Origin: Candidatus Multivorans sp.
Lineage (GTDB): Bacteria > Acidobacteriota > Thermoanaerobaculia > Multivoradales > Multivoraceae
Assembly (NCBI GenBank): GCA_965247095.1
Contig: OZ251997.1
Coordinates: forward strand, 3,936,001-4,000,000
Reading direction: 5' to 3'
Length of the DNA stretch: 64,000 bases
Notes under the pieces: generated by a model
Told to the model about the DNA's origin: nothing
Seen by the model: the letters and a program-made list of their open reading frames with translations, nothing else
Database searches by the model: none
Shown: one piece after another, positions 38,464 through 60,126 of the stretch
Layout: each line of letters starts with the position of its first letter
Numbering within the stretch: the stretch's first letter is position 1
Position numbers and translations under genes: made by a program

Positions 38464-39834
38464 ATGTTGCGGCGCCGTCTGATCTTCGGTTTGGCGGCCC
38501 TGGCTCTTCCCGGCGTGGCGGCGCTCAGCCCGCTGGCGGCGTCGGCTCAGTTGCGTGCCGGCTCGGCTGTGGTCGAGATCACGCCGCCGGTCGGATCGCT
38601 GCTCTACGGCTACGGCGTCCGCGGCGCGAACCGCTCCGAGGGCGTTCACGATCCGCTCTACGCGCGGGCGCTGGTGCTCGAGGCGGGCGGCGAGACGTTC
38701 GCACTGGTCACGCTCGATCTCGGATCGATCAAGAAGGCGAACACGCTCGTGGTCCGGCGAGAGGTCGAAGCCGCCGCCGGGTTCGACCACGTTCTGCTGA
38801 GCGCGTCCCACACCCACTCGGCGCCGACCTTCGTGCCCGACTTTCCGAGTGCGGAGCAGCCCTGGATCGCGGAGCTGGAGCGGAAGATCGTCGCCGCGAT
38901 CGTCGAGGCCCACGCCGGGCTGCGGCCGGCCCGGGTCGCGGTGGGCTGGGGCGCGGCGAGCGAGGGCTTCAACCGGCGCCGGGTGCTCTCCTCTGGCAGC
39001 GTGGAGATGTTCTGGCGCAACCGCGAACGGCTGCCGACCGAGCCGGTCGACGACTCGGTGGCGGTGCTCGCCGTCGACGACGCCGGGGGCGGCGCGATCG
39101 CGACGGTGGTCAACTTCGCGGTCCATCCCGTCATCCTGGGGCCCGAGAACATGCTGGTGTCCGCCGACTACCCGGGGGCAATGGCGGCCCTGGTCGAAGA
39201 GCGGGGCGGCGGGATGCCGATGTTCTTGCAGGGCGCTCCGGGCGACATCAACCCGTTCTGGGACAAGACCCCGCCCGAGGAAGGCGGTTTCGAGCAGGCG
39301 CGGATGGCCGGTGAACGGCTCGGACACGAGGTGCTCCGCATTCGCGCCGATCTTCTGGCCGCGGGCGCATTTCACGACCCGGAGACCCTCTCGGTGCGGC
39401 GGCATGTGGTGCCGCTCGAAGCGCGCTGGGACCTGGAGTCGCCGGAGGTGCAGGAGGCGTTCCGCCGCCGCGGCCAGGAGGCGACTCTGGAGCGTTTCCG
39501 GGTGCGGTTCCCGCTCGAACGGGAGGCCGAGGTCAACACGGTGGTGATCGGCAACCGCCGCGAGGACCAGATCGCGCTCGCCAGCTTCCCGGGTGAGTTC
39601 TTCGTCGAACACCAACTCCGTCTGCGCGCGACGAGCCAGACGCCGCACACTCTGTTTGCCGGCTACACGAACGGCGAGCTGGCCTACTTCCCGACCATCG
39701 CCGCCGCAGCCCAGGGCGGTTACGGCGGCCGGGAAGCCACGATCGTCGAGGTCGGCGCCGGCGAGAAGCTGGTCGACCTCGCCCTGGTCTCGATTCTCGA
39801 ACAGGCGGGCTGGCTGCACACGGCGCCGCCGTAG
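38464..39834 (+). CDS. neutral/alkaline ceramidase-family hydrolase with a Tat-like signal
   Basis: MLRRRLIFG; HDPLYARALVL, SASHTHSAP, NFAVHP, SADYPG and QGAPGDINP. Confidence 0.75.
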   Translation: MLRRRLIFGLAALALPGVAALSPLAASAQLRAGSAVVEITPPVGSLLYGYGVRGANRSEGVHDPLYARALVLEAGGETFALVTLDLGSIKKANTLVVRREVEAAAGFDHVLLSASHTHSAPTFVPDFPSAEQPWIAELERKIVAAIVEAHAGLRPARVAVGWGAASEGFNRRRVLSSGSVEMFWRNRERLPTEPVDDSVAVLAVDDAGGGAIATVVNFAVHPVILGPENMLVSADYPGAMAALVEERGGGMPMFLQGAPGDINPFWDKTPPEEGGFEQARMAGERLGHEVLRIRADLLAAGAFHDPETLSVRRHVVPLEARWDLESPEVQEAFRRRGQEATLERFRVRFPLEREAEVNTVVIGNRREDQIALASFPGEFFVEHQLRLRATSQTPHTLFAGYTNGELAYFPTIAAAAQGGYGGREATIVEVGAGEKLVDLALVSILEQAGWLHTAPP

Positions 39835-39887
39835 GCGGAAGCCAGGCACTACACGGCGCCGCCGTAGGCGGCGGCCAGGCACTACAC
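39818..39887. repeat. 33-bp tandem duplication spanning a stop codon, with a GTAG-containing hairpin
   Basis: ACACGGCGCCGCCGTAGGCGG(AA/CG)GCCAGGCACT at 39818 and 39851. Confidence 0.85.
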
Positions 39888-39914
39888 ATCCAAGCCCCGC
39901 AAGGAGGCATCCTC

Positions 39915-41879
<1,965 letters not shown>

Positions 41880-41931
41880 ACGCACTCGGCGGGGACGAAT
41901 ACCTTCCGCCTCTACGAACCGGGCCGGGCGA

Positions 41932-43101
41932 TCAGAAGTCCATGTGCAGCAGCAGACCGACGTGGTCGACCGATCCGGCTCCATCCGGGTCGGTCGTCAC
42001 GTAGTTCAGGAGCGCCCGCAGGTTGCTGCGCAGATACCAGTTGAGAGCCAGAGAGAGACTCCGCTGGCTGCCGCCGAGAACAGATCCGTCGCTCAGATCG
42101 ATGTGATCCCAGCGCGCGGCGAGTTCCCACGCGCCCTTGCCTTCGGGCACGGGCGCTTGGGGCTTCAACCGGGTGAAGGTGCGGGAGCTTCGACTGTAGG
42201 GCTTCCTCTCGCCGGTGAGGAACCAGCCCGCTTCGACGTACCGGGCCTCGAACCGGGCGCTCCGGCCATCTGGGGAACCAACCGGCAGCAGGTCCACCTG
42301 GGCCGACAGCGCTTCGCCCTGCAGCCAGAAGGAACCCCGCGCGAGCGCGAACTCGACGCCCAGCAGCCGCATGCCGTCGGCGGGCAGCCTTCCGGTGTCG
42401 ACCATGCGCGGCGCGAGTCGTACGCCGGCGCGCCCGCGCAGACGGACCGTGTCCGCGGTGGGCTGGCGGTGCGAGACGCCCACGCCGAGGTGGAGCAGGG
42501 GATCGCTTCCTTCGTCTCCGTCGAGCGCGAGGCCGGTGAGGCGGCCGCTCAGGCTCCAGTCCGACCCGGGCCGCAGGTCGTAGCCGTCGCTGTCGCGGAA
42601 GGCGCCGACGGCCCAGGCGACGCGGTCGCCGGGAAGCCGGTCGTGGATCATGAAGCCGAGGTTGCGCCCGGGCGCCAGAGCGGTGGCCGCGGCCGGACGT
42701 GCGATGAACGAATGGTAGTTGGACGATTGGAGGATGGAGAGGCTGAACGGCTCCTTGAAGTGCCCCGCGCGGAAGCTCGGTGCGGCCCCCTCGGGCGCGA
42801 ACTCGACGAAGACGTCCGTGGGCACGATGTCGCCGCTCGCGATGTCGTGCTCGATCTTGAACGCGAAGCGGTCGAGGAACTCGCCGTTCAGCACCAGGCG
42901 GGCGCGTCGCCAGTCGATGCCATCCTCGAACTCGAACCGGTCGGCCAGGGCCGGGTCGGGAGAGGACGTGCTGGCTTCGACATGGAGCCGCCCGCCGACG
43001 CTGACCGAGAACCGATCCTTGGCGTCTTCGTTGTTCTGAGCCGCCGCGGCGGCGGCGATGGGAATCAACGCAGCCGTCGTGAGGAAACGGAGCACTCGCA
43101 C
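41932..43101 (-). CDS. OprO/OprP-family phosphate-selective porin
   Basis: RRARL, GHFKEPFSL, WFLTGE, GAWELAAR, LNWYL and C-terminal F; divergent from phoB. Confidence 0.85.
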   Translation of the reverse strand: MRVLRFLTTAALIPIAAAAAAQNNEDAKDRFSVSVGGRLHVEASTSSPDPALADRFEFEDGIDWRRARLVLNGEFLDRFAFKIEHDIASGDIVPTDVFVEFAPEGAAPSFRAGHFKEPFSLSILQSSNYHSFIARPAAATALAPGRNLGFMIHDRLPGDRVAWAVGAFRDSDGYDLRPGSDWSLSGRLTGLALDGDEGSDPLLHLGVGVSHRQPTADTVRLRGRAGVRLAPRMVDTGRLPADGMRLLGVEFALARGSFWLQGEALSAQVDLLPVGSPDGRSARFEARYVEAGWFLTGERKPYSRSSRTFTRLKPQAPVPEGKGAWELAARWDHIDLSDGSVLGGSQRSLSLALNWYLRSNLRALLNYVTTDPDGAGSVDHVGLLLHMDF

Positions 43102-43253
43102 TTGTCGCTGGGTCAGGCTCGGTGTTGGAAGGCGTCGCCGCGAGCAGCCGACCCGTCCGCTCAGTCGGCCAGCGGGGTGCTCTCGCCTTTACAATCTTCA
43201 CCGAGCCTGACACGCCGGCGGTCGCGATGTCCAGCTCGGGCCAAGAGAACCGG

Positions 43254-43287
43254 CTTTATCGCCCGTTCACGAAAGGCTGGCTAGCCT
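43254..43287 (+). promoter_or_regulatory. candidate Pho box and -10 element upstream of phoB
   Basis: CTTTATC-N4-GTTCACG, then 10 nt, then TAGCCT; same architecture as the pstS site. Confidence 0.65.
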
Positions 43288-43329
43288 TGGGTCAGGTCCA
43301 ACGTATTGTGGGGGGGTGCCGGACAATCC

Positions 43330-44025
43330 ATGAGCGCCACGAAGGTCGTCGTCATCGAAGACGAGCCCGACATCCTCGAGCTGATCGAGTACAACCTTCG
43401 GCGAGAGGGCTTCGATGTCGCGACGGCGACCAGCGGCCGTACCGGTCTTGCTGTGATCGGGCGCGAGAAGCCGGACATCGTGCTGCTGGACCTGCTGCTG
43501 CCCGGTCTGGACGGTCTCGATGTGTGCCGTCGCCTGCGCTCGGTGGAATCGACCCGCGACCTGCCGGTAATCATGGTCACGGCCCGCGGCGAGGAGAGCG
43601 ATGTCGTCCTCGGTCTCGGCGTCGGCGCCGACGACTACATCCACAAGCCCTTCAGCCCCCGCGAACTGATCGCCCGCGTTCGGGCGGTCCTGCGGCGGGG
43701 CCCGATGCGGGACCGCGATCCGGAACGTCGTGTGACTCGGGGTCCGCTGGAGATCGACCCGGTCAAGCACCGGATCAAGGTCGAGGGTCGGCGGCTGGAG
43801 TTCACGCCCACCGAGTTTCGCCTTCTGCACTTCCTGGCCTCGCATCCCGGCCGTGTGTTCACCCGCGGCCAGCTCCTGGACCGGGCGATCGGGGACCAAG
43901 CGGTGGTCATCGACCGGAACATCAATGTCCACGTCCGGGCGGTGCGCAAGAAACTCGGGCCGCACCGCGACCTGATCGAGACGGTGCGCGGCATCGGCTA
44001 CTGCTTCAGCGAGGAATTTCCATGA
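43330..44025 (+). CDS. phoB: OmpR-family response regulator PhoB
   Basis: VIEDE, LLDLLLPG, GADDYIHKPF and IETVRGIGY; precedes phoR and phoU. Confidence 0.85.
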   Translation: MSATKVVVIEDEPDILELIEYNLRREGFDVATATSGRTGLAVIGREKPDIVLLDLLLPGLDGLDVCRRLRSVESTRDLPVIMVTARGEESDVVLGLGVGADDYIHKPFSPRELIARVRAVLRRGPMRDRDPERRVTRGPLEIDPVKHRIKVEGRRLEFTPTEFRLLHFLASHPGRVFTRGQLLDRAIGDQAVVIDRNINVHVRAVRKKLGPHRDLIETVRGIGYCFSEEFP

Positions 44026-45401
44026 TTCGCTCACCTCTCTTCTGGCGCCTCTTGATGGGCGGAGTCGGCCTGCTTGCCGCGGGTATCCTGCTTGGCGTCG
44101 CGGTGGCCTCGGGTCGCCTCGGCCCGGCCGTCTTCTGGACCTTGGCGCTGCTGGCTGGCGCCTGTGTCGCTCTCGGCGCCGGCCGGTTGGCGCAGCGGGC
44201 GCGAGGTCTGCTGACCAAGGCCGCGGCGCTTGGCGCAAGCGTGCCGCGGGCCGAGACCGGCCGCGGTGACGAGTTCGCCCGGCTCGAAGCCCGTCTGGAG
44301 GAAAACGGAGCGCGGTTCGTGGAACAGGTCGAACAGCTCAAGGCGGAGCGCAACCAGTTGACGGCGGTGCTCGGCGGAATGGTCGAGGGGGTGGTGGCGA
44401 TCGACCGCGACCGGCAGGTGCTGCACCTGAACGCGGTGGCCGCGAACTGGTTCAGACGCCCGGCGCCGGAGTTGGCGGTCGGACGTCCGATCTACGAACT
44501 GTCGCGCCAGCCGGAGATCTCGGGCGCCCTGATCGAGGCGATGGAGAAGCGAAAGCAGGTGAGTCGCACGTTCACCCTGGCGCGCTTCGCCAGCCAGGAT
44601 GGCGGCCCGAACAGGTTCGAGCTGAACGCGTCGCCCCTGCTCTCGTCGCGGCGCGACGGCGAACAGGTCGAAGGGGCGGTGGCGGTGATCCACGACATCA
44701 CGGAGCTGGAGCGGTTGGAGAGCATGCGCCGCGACTTTGTGTCGAATGTCTCGCACGAGCTGAAGACGCCCCTGACCGCCATTCACGGCTATGTGGAGAC
44801 CCTGCTGGACGCGGATCCGGTCGACGGCCCGACGCGGGGCCGCTTCCTGCGCAAGATTCGCAAGCAGAGCAACCGTCTGAGCGCCCTGGTTTCCGACTTG
44901 CTCACGCTGTCGCGGATCGAGTCTTCGGCCGAGCCGCCCGAGAAGATCGTCGATCTGCGATCGCCGGTGGGCGAAGTGTTGAGCCTGCTCGGGCCGTCCA
45001 GCGAGGAGAACGGTCTCGAACTGGTCGCCGAATGCCCCCAGACCCCGGTTAGGGTCCTGGGTGAAGAGGAAGCGATCCGGCAGGCGCTGTCCAATCTGGT
45101 CGACAACGCGGTCAAGTACTCGTCGGTGGGCGGCCGGGTGGTGGTGCGCCTGCAGGCGGACAACGGGCGGGCGGTTATCGAGGTCGAAGATCAGGGGCCG
45201 GGCATCGCGTCGGAACACCTGGACCGAATCTTCGAGCGCTTCTACCGTGTCGACCGAGCCCGCTCCAGGGAGCTCGGCGGCACCGGCCTGGGCCTGGCGA
45301 TCGTCAAGAACGTCGCCAGGCGACACGGCGGAGGGGTGGAAGTGGAGAGCGAACGGGGACGGGGCTCGACGTTCCGCTTCTGGTTGCCCATCGCCGGTTG
45401 A
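44022..45401 (+). CDS. phoR: sensor histidine kinase PhoR (PAS, HisKA, HATPase)
   Basis: FVSNVSHELKTPLT, NAVKY, FERFYRVD and GGTGLGLAI. Confidence 0.88.
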   Translation: MIRSPLFWRLLMGGVGLLAAGILLGVAVASGRLGPAVFWTLALLAGACVALGAGRLAQRARGLLTKAAALGASVPRAETGRGDEFARLEARLEENGARFVEQVEQLKAERNQLTAVLGGMVEGVVAIDRDRQVLHLNAVAANWFRRPAPELAVGRPIYELSRQPEISGALIEAMEKRKQVSRTFTLARFASQDGGPNRFELNASPLLSSRRDGEQVEGAVAVIHDITELERLESMRRDFVSNVSHELKTPLTAIHGYVETLLDADPVDGPTRGRFLRKIRKQSNRLSALVSDLLTLSRIESSAEPPEKIVDLRSPVGEVLSLLGPSSEENGLELVAECPQTPVRVLGEEEAIRQALSNLVDNAVKYSSVGGRVVVRLQADNGRAVIEVEDQGPGIASEHLDRIFERFYRVDRARSRELGGTGLGLAIVKNVARRHGGGVEVESERGRGSTFRFWLPIAG

Positions 45402-45417
45402 GGCTAGGATTGATGGC

Positions 45418-46074
45418 TTGAGGATTCATCTACAGCGCGATCTCGACCAGGTGACGCGGGCGCTCCTGGAGGTGGCGGCGATGGTCGAGGACATGATCGC
45501 CAAGTCGCTACGAGCGCTCCGGGAGCGGAGCGTCGACCTGGCGCACGAAGTCCAGCGCCAGGACCGCATCATCGACGCCCGCGAGATCGAGGTCGAAGAG
45601 GAGTGCCTCAAGATCCTCGCCCTGCATTCGCCGGTGGCGTCGGACCTGAGGATGGTCGTTACCTACCTGAAGGTGAACAACGATCTCGAACGGGCCGGCG
45701 ATCTGGCCCGCAACCTCGCCGAGCGCGCCGAGAGTCTTGCGGTGGCCGAGCCGGTCGAAGTCCCGGAAGAGATCTGGACCATGGCCGAGCGCATCCCGAA
45801 GATGCTCCGGGCGGCCCTGGACGCCGTCGTGGGGGGCGACACGGAACTCGCCCGTTCGGTGATTGCGGAGGACGAGATCGTCGACCGCAGCCACGAGGCG
45901 ATGTACGGCGTGGTCCAGAGGATGATCGACGAGGATCCCGAGTTGGCGTCGGCCAGCATCCAGTTCTTGTCGATCTCGCGCTATCTCGAGCGGATGGCCG
46001 ATCTGGCGACGAACGTCGCCGAGGATGTCGTCTTCCTGGTCGACGGCGACGTCGTACGCCATCAGGCCTCGTAG
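45418..46074 (+). CDS. phoU: phosphate signalling protein PhoU
   Basis: PVASDLR, DLERAGD and LERMADLATNVAE. TTG start inferred. Confidence 0.92.
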   Translation: MRIHLQRDLDQVTRALLEVAAMVEDMIAKSLRALRERSVDLAHEVQRQDRIIDAREIEVEEECLKILALHSPVASDLRMVVTYLKVNNDLERAGDLARNLAERAESLAVAEPVEVPEEIWTMAERIPKMLRAALDAVVGGDTELARSVIAEDEIVDRSHEAMYGVVQRMIDEDPELASASIQFLSISRYLERMADLATNVAEDVVFLVDGDVVRHQAS

Positions 46075-46137
46075 GCCCGTCCGCCTCTGCTCCGCAAAGG
46101 ACGGCACGCCCCATCCAGATGGATGTTGCAAGGGGGG

Positions 46138-46166
46138 TTTACGGCTGCCGAAGAAGCGGCTAGACT
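46138..46166 (+). promoter_or_regulatory. candidate promoter for tRNA-Thr-tuf
   Basis: TTTACG-17 bp-TAGACT. Confidence 0.5.
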
Positions 46167-46310
46167 CCGCCCCTTCCCCGCGATGCACCGCGGAGCTTGG
46201 CTCCGGGGGGCGGGTCCCATTGCGTGTTGAGGGTCGCCTTGGGGGAGGGGAGAAAAGGGTGTCCCGGAACACGGTTCAGAGACTTCAAGATGGGGAATCC
46301 TGAGACGGCT

Positions 46311-46385
46311 GCCCACGTGGCTCAGGGGTAGAGCACTTCCTTGGTAAGGAAGGGGTCACCGGTTCAAATCCGGTCGTGGGCTCCA
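46311..46385 (+). tRNA. tRNA-Thr(GGT)
   Basis: Acceptor GCCCACG/CGTGGGC, anticodon loop TT-GGT-AA and CCA. Confidence 0.97.
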
Positions 46386-46451
46386 GACGGACATCAAAGC
46401 AGCAAGCACACGGATAGTTGAGCCGCTAGAGCGGGAGAGGCAACGAGCGTC

Positions 46452-47645
<1,194 letters not shown>

Positions 47646-47677
47646 GGGGTTGGACTCACGACTGGACTTGAGGACTC

Positions 47678-47753
47678 AGGCCAGTAGCTCAATTGGTAGA
47701 GCATCGGTCTCCAAAACCGAAGGTTGGGGGTTCGAGACCCTCCTGGCCTGCCA
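47678..47753 (+). tRNA. tRNA-Trp(CCA)
   Basis: Acceptor AGGCCAG/CTGGCCT, anticodon loop CT-CCA-AA and CCA end. Confidence 0.97.
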
Positions 47754-47885
47754 GACGGTCTTCGGGCGATTTCGGGGACGCGTTGCGGGAGGCGGAACGG
47801 CAGGACGGGGGTGGACGGGATTGAGACGGGTTTCACGGAGATCGGGCGAGTTTCACGGAGACCGGAAGGGGTTAGGAGGATAGAG

Positions 47886-48089
47886 ATGGCGGCAGTCGGC
47901 AGGCTCGGCGTGTTCCTGGGAGAGGTGCGCACCGAGATGAAGAAGGTCACCTTTCCCTCGCGGGAGGAGGTGGTGGGCACCACCGGCGTCGTGCTGATCA
48001 CGAGTGTCATCTTCGCCATCTTCCTGTGGGTCGCCGATCTCATCATCACGCGTCTCTACCAGGGCCTCGTCGACCTGTTCCTGCCGTGA
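47886..48089 (+). CDS. secE: preprotein translocase SecE
   Basis: EMKKVTFPSREE plus one transmembrane helix; precedes nusG. Confidence 0.93.
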   Translation: MAAVGRLGVFLGEVRTEMKKVTFPSREEVVGTTGVVLITSVIFAIFLWVADLIITRLYQGLVDLFLP

Positions 48090-48123
48090 GATCCGTGGCG
48101 CGAGCGACGACAGGGAGTACCCG

Positions 48124-48756
48124 ATGAGCGAAGTTGAAACGGCAGCCGTGGGCAGCGTCGAGGCCGCAGCCGACGGCGGCGAGGAAGCCTCCGCTCCGCA
48201 GCGGCAGTGGTACATCGTCCATACGTACTCGGGCTACGAGGAGCGTGTCCGGGAGACCCTGCGGCAGCGCGCCGAGGCGCACGGTCTGGGCCATGTGTTC
48301 GGCGAGGTGCGCATCCCGACCGAGACGATCGTCGAACTCAAGGGCGGCAAGAAACGGGAAACGCAGCGCAAGTTCTTCCCCGGCTACATCCTGATTGAGA
48401 TCGAGTGCGAGCAGCGCGGCGACGGACGGCTCAAGATCTCGGATGAGGCGTGGCACGTGGTCAAGGACACGCCGAAGGTGACCGGCTTCGTCGGTACCGG
48501 CAAGGAGCCGACGCCGCTCGCCCAGGACGAAATCGACGCGATCATCGAGAAGGTCGTTACCGCGAAGGAGAAGCCGAAGCCGAAGTACCTGTTCGAGAAG
48601 GGCGAGCTGGTCAAGATCGTGGACGGTCCCTTCAACAACTTCACCGGCACCGTGGAAGAGATCAACCTGGACCGGAGCACGTTGAAGGTGATGGTCACGA
48701 TCTTCGGCCGTCAGACGCCGGTGGAACTCGAGTTCCTCCAGGTCCAGAAGACCTGA
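48124..48756 (+). CDS. nusG: transcription antitermination factor NusG
   Basis: WYIVHTYSGYE, FFPGY, KOW motif GPFNNFTG and IFGRQTPV. Confidence 0.97.
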   Translation: MSEVETAAVGSVEAAADGGEEASAPQRQWYIVHTYSGYEERVRETLRQRAEAHGLGHVFGEVRIPTETIVELKGGKKRETQRKFFPGYILIEIECEQRGDGRLKISDEAWHVVKDTPKVTGFVGTGKEPTPLAQDEIDAIIEKVVTAKEKPKPKYLFEKGELVKIVDGPFNNFTGTVEEINLDRSTLKVMVTIFGRQTPVELEFLQVQKT

Positions 48757-48817
48757 GGGCGCTTCGCGGAGCGGATGAAGGCCGAGTTCGGTTTGGTTGA
48801 AATCAGGTAAGGGAACC

Positions 48818-49258
48818 ATGGCGAAAAGAACGGCAGGCAAGAGAGTAACCGGGCAGATCAAGCTTCAAATCCCGGCCGGCGCGGCGACGCCCGCGCCGCC
48901 GGTCGGCCCTGCACTGGGCCAAGCAGGCCTCAACATCATGGACTTCTGCAAGGCGTTCAACGCCAGAACCCAGGGTGACGGGGGGCTGATCATCCCGGTC
49001 GTGATCACGGTGTACGCCGATCGCACATACTCGTTCATCACCAAGACGCCGCCGGCCGCGGTGCTGCTGCTCAAGGCGGCTTCGCTGGACAAGGGGTCCG
49101 CCGAGCCCAACCGGGACAAGGTCGGCACGGTGACCCGCGCCCAACTCGAGGAGATCGCGCGCACGAAGATGCCGGACCTGAACGCGGTCGACCTCGATGG
49201 CGCGTGCAGGATCATCGCCGGCACTGCCCGATCGATGGGGCTGGAGATCGACGCCTGA
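48818..49258 (+). CDS. rplK: 50S ribosomal protein L11
   Basis: [20 protein letters not shown] and GTARSMG. Confidence 0.98.
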   Translation: MAKRTAGKRVTGQIKLQIPAGAATPAPPVGPALGQAGLNIMDFCKAFNARTQGDGGLIIPVVITVYADRTYSFITKTPPAAVLLLKAASLDKGSAEPNRDKVGTVTRAQLEEIARTKMPDLNAVDLDGACRIIAGTARSMGLEIDA

Positions 49259-49301
49259 TCGGCGTCGAATCGTAAAGGAAGACAGGGCAAGGAGAACGCG
49301 C

Positions 49302-50006
49302 GTGGGCAAGGCAGGCAGGAAGTACAGGGAGGCGAAGACGGCCGTTGAAGACCGTCCGCACGGGCTCGACGAGGCCCTGGAGCAGGTCAAGAACGGCAGC
49401 TTCGCCAAGTTCGACGAGACGGTGGAGATCGCGATTCGCCTGGGAGTGAACCCCAGGCACGCGGATCAGATGGTGCGCGGCACCGTCGTGCTGCCGCACG
49501 GCACCGGGCGAACCGTCCGGGTGCTGGTATTCGCCTCCGGCGAAAAGCTCCAGGAGGCCGAGGCCGCCGGCGCCGACGAGGTCGGTGGCGAGGAACTGGC
49601 GGCGCGGATTCAGGGCGGCTGGCTTGACTTCGACTCCGTGGTTGCGACGCCGGACATGATGCGGGTCGTGGGCCGGCTGGGTCGCGTCCTGGGCCCCCGC
49701 GGTCTGATGCCCAACCCGAAGACCGGGACCGTCACCGTCAACGTGGCGAAAGCGATCGAGGACATCAAGGCGGGCAAGGTCAACTTCCGGGTCGACAAGG
49801 CCGGAGTCGTCCATGCGCCCCTGGGGAAGGTCTCGTTCGACAAGGAACGACTGAAGGAGAACGCCGCGGCCCTGCTGGCCGAGGTGATGCGGGCGCGGCC
49901 GAGCGCGACCAAGGGCACGTACGTCCGCTCGGTCAACCTGAGTTCAACGATGGGCCCGGCCGTTCGGGTCGACGCGGCCGAAGCCGCTGCAGTGGAAGCG
50001 TCGTAG
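49302..50006 (+). CDS. rplA: 50S ribosomal protein L1
   Basis: [21 protein letters not shown] and SSTMGP. Confidence 0.98.
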   Translation: MGKAGRKYREAKTAVEDRPHGLDEALEQVKNGSFAKFDETVEIAIRLGVNPRHADQMVRGTVVLPHGTGRTVRVLVFASGEKLQEAEAAGADEVGGEELAARIQGGWLDFDSVVATPDMMRVVGRLGRVLGPRGLMPNPKTGTVTVNVAKAIEDIKAGKVNFRVDKAGVVHAPLGKVSFDKERLKENAAALLAEVMRARPSATKGTYVRSVNLSSTMGPAVRVDAAEAAAVEAS

Positions 50007-50040
50007 GCGACTGAGACGGTCTCAGGAGGAGTCGAGAGAA

Positions 50041-50568
50041 ATGGCACTGACACGGGAGACGAAGGCCGAGTTGCTGGCCAGCTACCAGAGCGACATGGCC
50101 GGTGTACCGCATGCGTTCCTGGTTGGATTCTCCGGCATCACGGTGGGGCAGGTCGACGACCTGCGGCGCCGGGTGCGAACAGCCGGCGGCAGCTACTCGG
50201 TGGTCAAGAACCGGATCGCCAAGCTCGCTTTCGAGGACAGCAGCCTTGGGGCTCTCTCGGAGCATCTGGCAGGGCCGACGGCGATCGCGTACAGCGAGGA
50301 CGATCCGGTCGGGTTGGCCAAGACGCTGACGGAGTTCGCGAAGGACGTACCGGTGATCGAATTCAAGGCCGGCATGGTGGACGGCCAAAAGGTGTCGGCC
50401 GACGCGATTCAGGAGATCGCCAGTCTGCCGAGCCGGGAGGCTCTGGTGGCGAAGCTCCTGTTCCTGCTCCAGTCGCCGATTGCGCGGTTGGTGCGGGGTT
50501 TGGGCGACGTGACGCCGCAGTTCCTCCGCACCCTGAACGAGATTGCAAGTCAGAAGGAAAAGGGCTGA
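50041..50568 (+). CDS. rplJ: 50S ribosomal protein L10
   Basis: VVKNRI, GPTAIA and LPSREAL. Confidence 0.95.
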   Translation: MALTRETKAELLASYQSDMAGVPHAFLVGFSGITVGQVDDLRRRVRTAGGSYSVVKNRIAKLAFEDSSLGALSEHLAGPTAIAYSEDDPVGLAKTLTEFAKDVPVIEFKAGMVDGQKVSADAIQEIASLPSREALVAKLLFLLQSPIARLVRGLGDVTPQFLRTLNEIASQKEKG

Positions 50569-50643
50569 CAGCGGCCCTCGCTATCGATGTTTGGAACCGC
50601 GGCGCCGGACCGGCGCCGCTGAATAGGAAGGGGATCCAAGGAA

Positions 50644-51021
50644 ATGGCAGTAGCAGCAGCGGAACTGATCAAGCAGATCGACGAGATGACCGTCCTCGAT
50701 CTGAACACGCTGGTCAAGGAGCTCGAAGAGCACTACGGTGTGTCGGCGGCGGCGGCGGTTACGGTGGCCGCGGCCGCGGGCGGCGGCGAGGCCGAAGAGG
50801 TCGAAGAACAGATCGAGTTCGATGTGCAGTTGACCTCGTTCGGCGACAAGAAGATCGCCGTCATCAAGGTCGTGCGCGAAGTGACCAGCCTCGGATTGAA
50901 GGAGGCCAAGGACCTGGTCGAGTCGGCGCCGGTCGCCGTCAAGGAAGGTGTCTCGAAGGAAGAGGCCGACGAGGTCAAGTCGAAAATCGAGGAGGCCGGC
51001 GGCCAGGCCGAGGTCAAATAG
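50644..51021 (+). CDS. rplL: 50S ribosomal protein L7/L12
   Basis: [10 protein letters not shown] and [11 protein letters not shown]. Confidence 0.98.
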   Translation: MAVAAAELIKQIDEMTVLDLNTLVKELEEHYGVSAAAAVTVAAAAGGGEAEEVEEQIEFDVQLTSFGDKKIAVIKVVREVTSLGLKEAKDLVESAPVAVKEGVSKEEADEVKSKIEEAGGQAEVK

Positions 51022-51265
51022 CCATTCCGGCTGGCGATCTTCTCCCGGTCGGCGTAGAATCACGTTGGCCAACCTCGACCCGGCAGTCGGCGCCGGGGTG
51101 GCATTCGTGTGGTTGCCCCGTCGCTCCAGCGCTCTTCCGTTCTCTGTCCGCCCGCCGAAGCGCGGCGGACCAATTCCGGGCGAACAACTGTTCTCATCGC
51201 CCCGGCTACAGCACCTGCCTTGCTCCCGCCTCGCGCAGAGAACCTGAAGTAGGAGACATCGAAGC

Positions 51266-55537
<4,272 letters not shown>

Positions 55538-55550
55538 GGGAGGTCGCCTG

Positions 55551-59736
<4,186 letters not shown>

Positions 59737-59741
<5 letters not shown>

Positions 59742-59809
59742 CGGGCCTGGTCCGCTAGTCGCCGTCCGGCCACTAGCGGGCCTGGTCCGCTAGTCGCCGT
59801 CCGGCCACT
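59737..59809. repeat. 35-bp tandem duplication with a hairpin, spanning the rpoC stop codon
   Basis: ACTAGCGGGCCTGGTCCGCTAGTCGCCGTCCGGCC at 59737 and 59772; ACTAGCGG/CCGCTAGT stem. Confidence 0.9.
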
Positions 59810-60126
59810 GAGGCGCCCACTCCGAGGCTCCCCCGGTTGCCCCGGCTCTCAGGTTTCTGCTAACGTTCGCGCCCTTGTGCGGCTCGCGCGGAGCGGGCCC
59901 AAGAGACAGTCCACCACCACATCTGCGAGCCAGGCCTTGAACCGGGAATCAACCCGGTGCTGCGCGCAGCGCCAAACGCTGCGCGCGGTCAGTTAGGTCT
60001 GGTTGCTCCGGCTTCGTCGGCCGGTCCTTGCGCCTCTAATGATCGCTCCGTTCAGAGGCGCGAGTTGCGCCGAAACGGCGGCTTTCCGGCAACGAAGTAG
60101 AAGAGTTCGTTCGAGCAGGAGTATCA

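Noticed and set aside
43122-44021. N-terminal extension of PhoR (759-aa ORF)
   Set aside because: It overlaps phoB out of frame; an RBS and ATG at 44022 give a normal PhoR.
46280-46310. attR copy of the tRNA-Gly end (GAATCCTGAGACGG)
   Set aside because: The match is too short and scrambled to be an att duplication.
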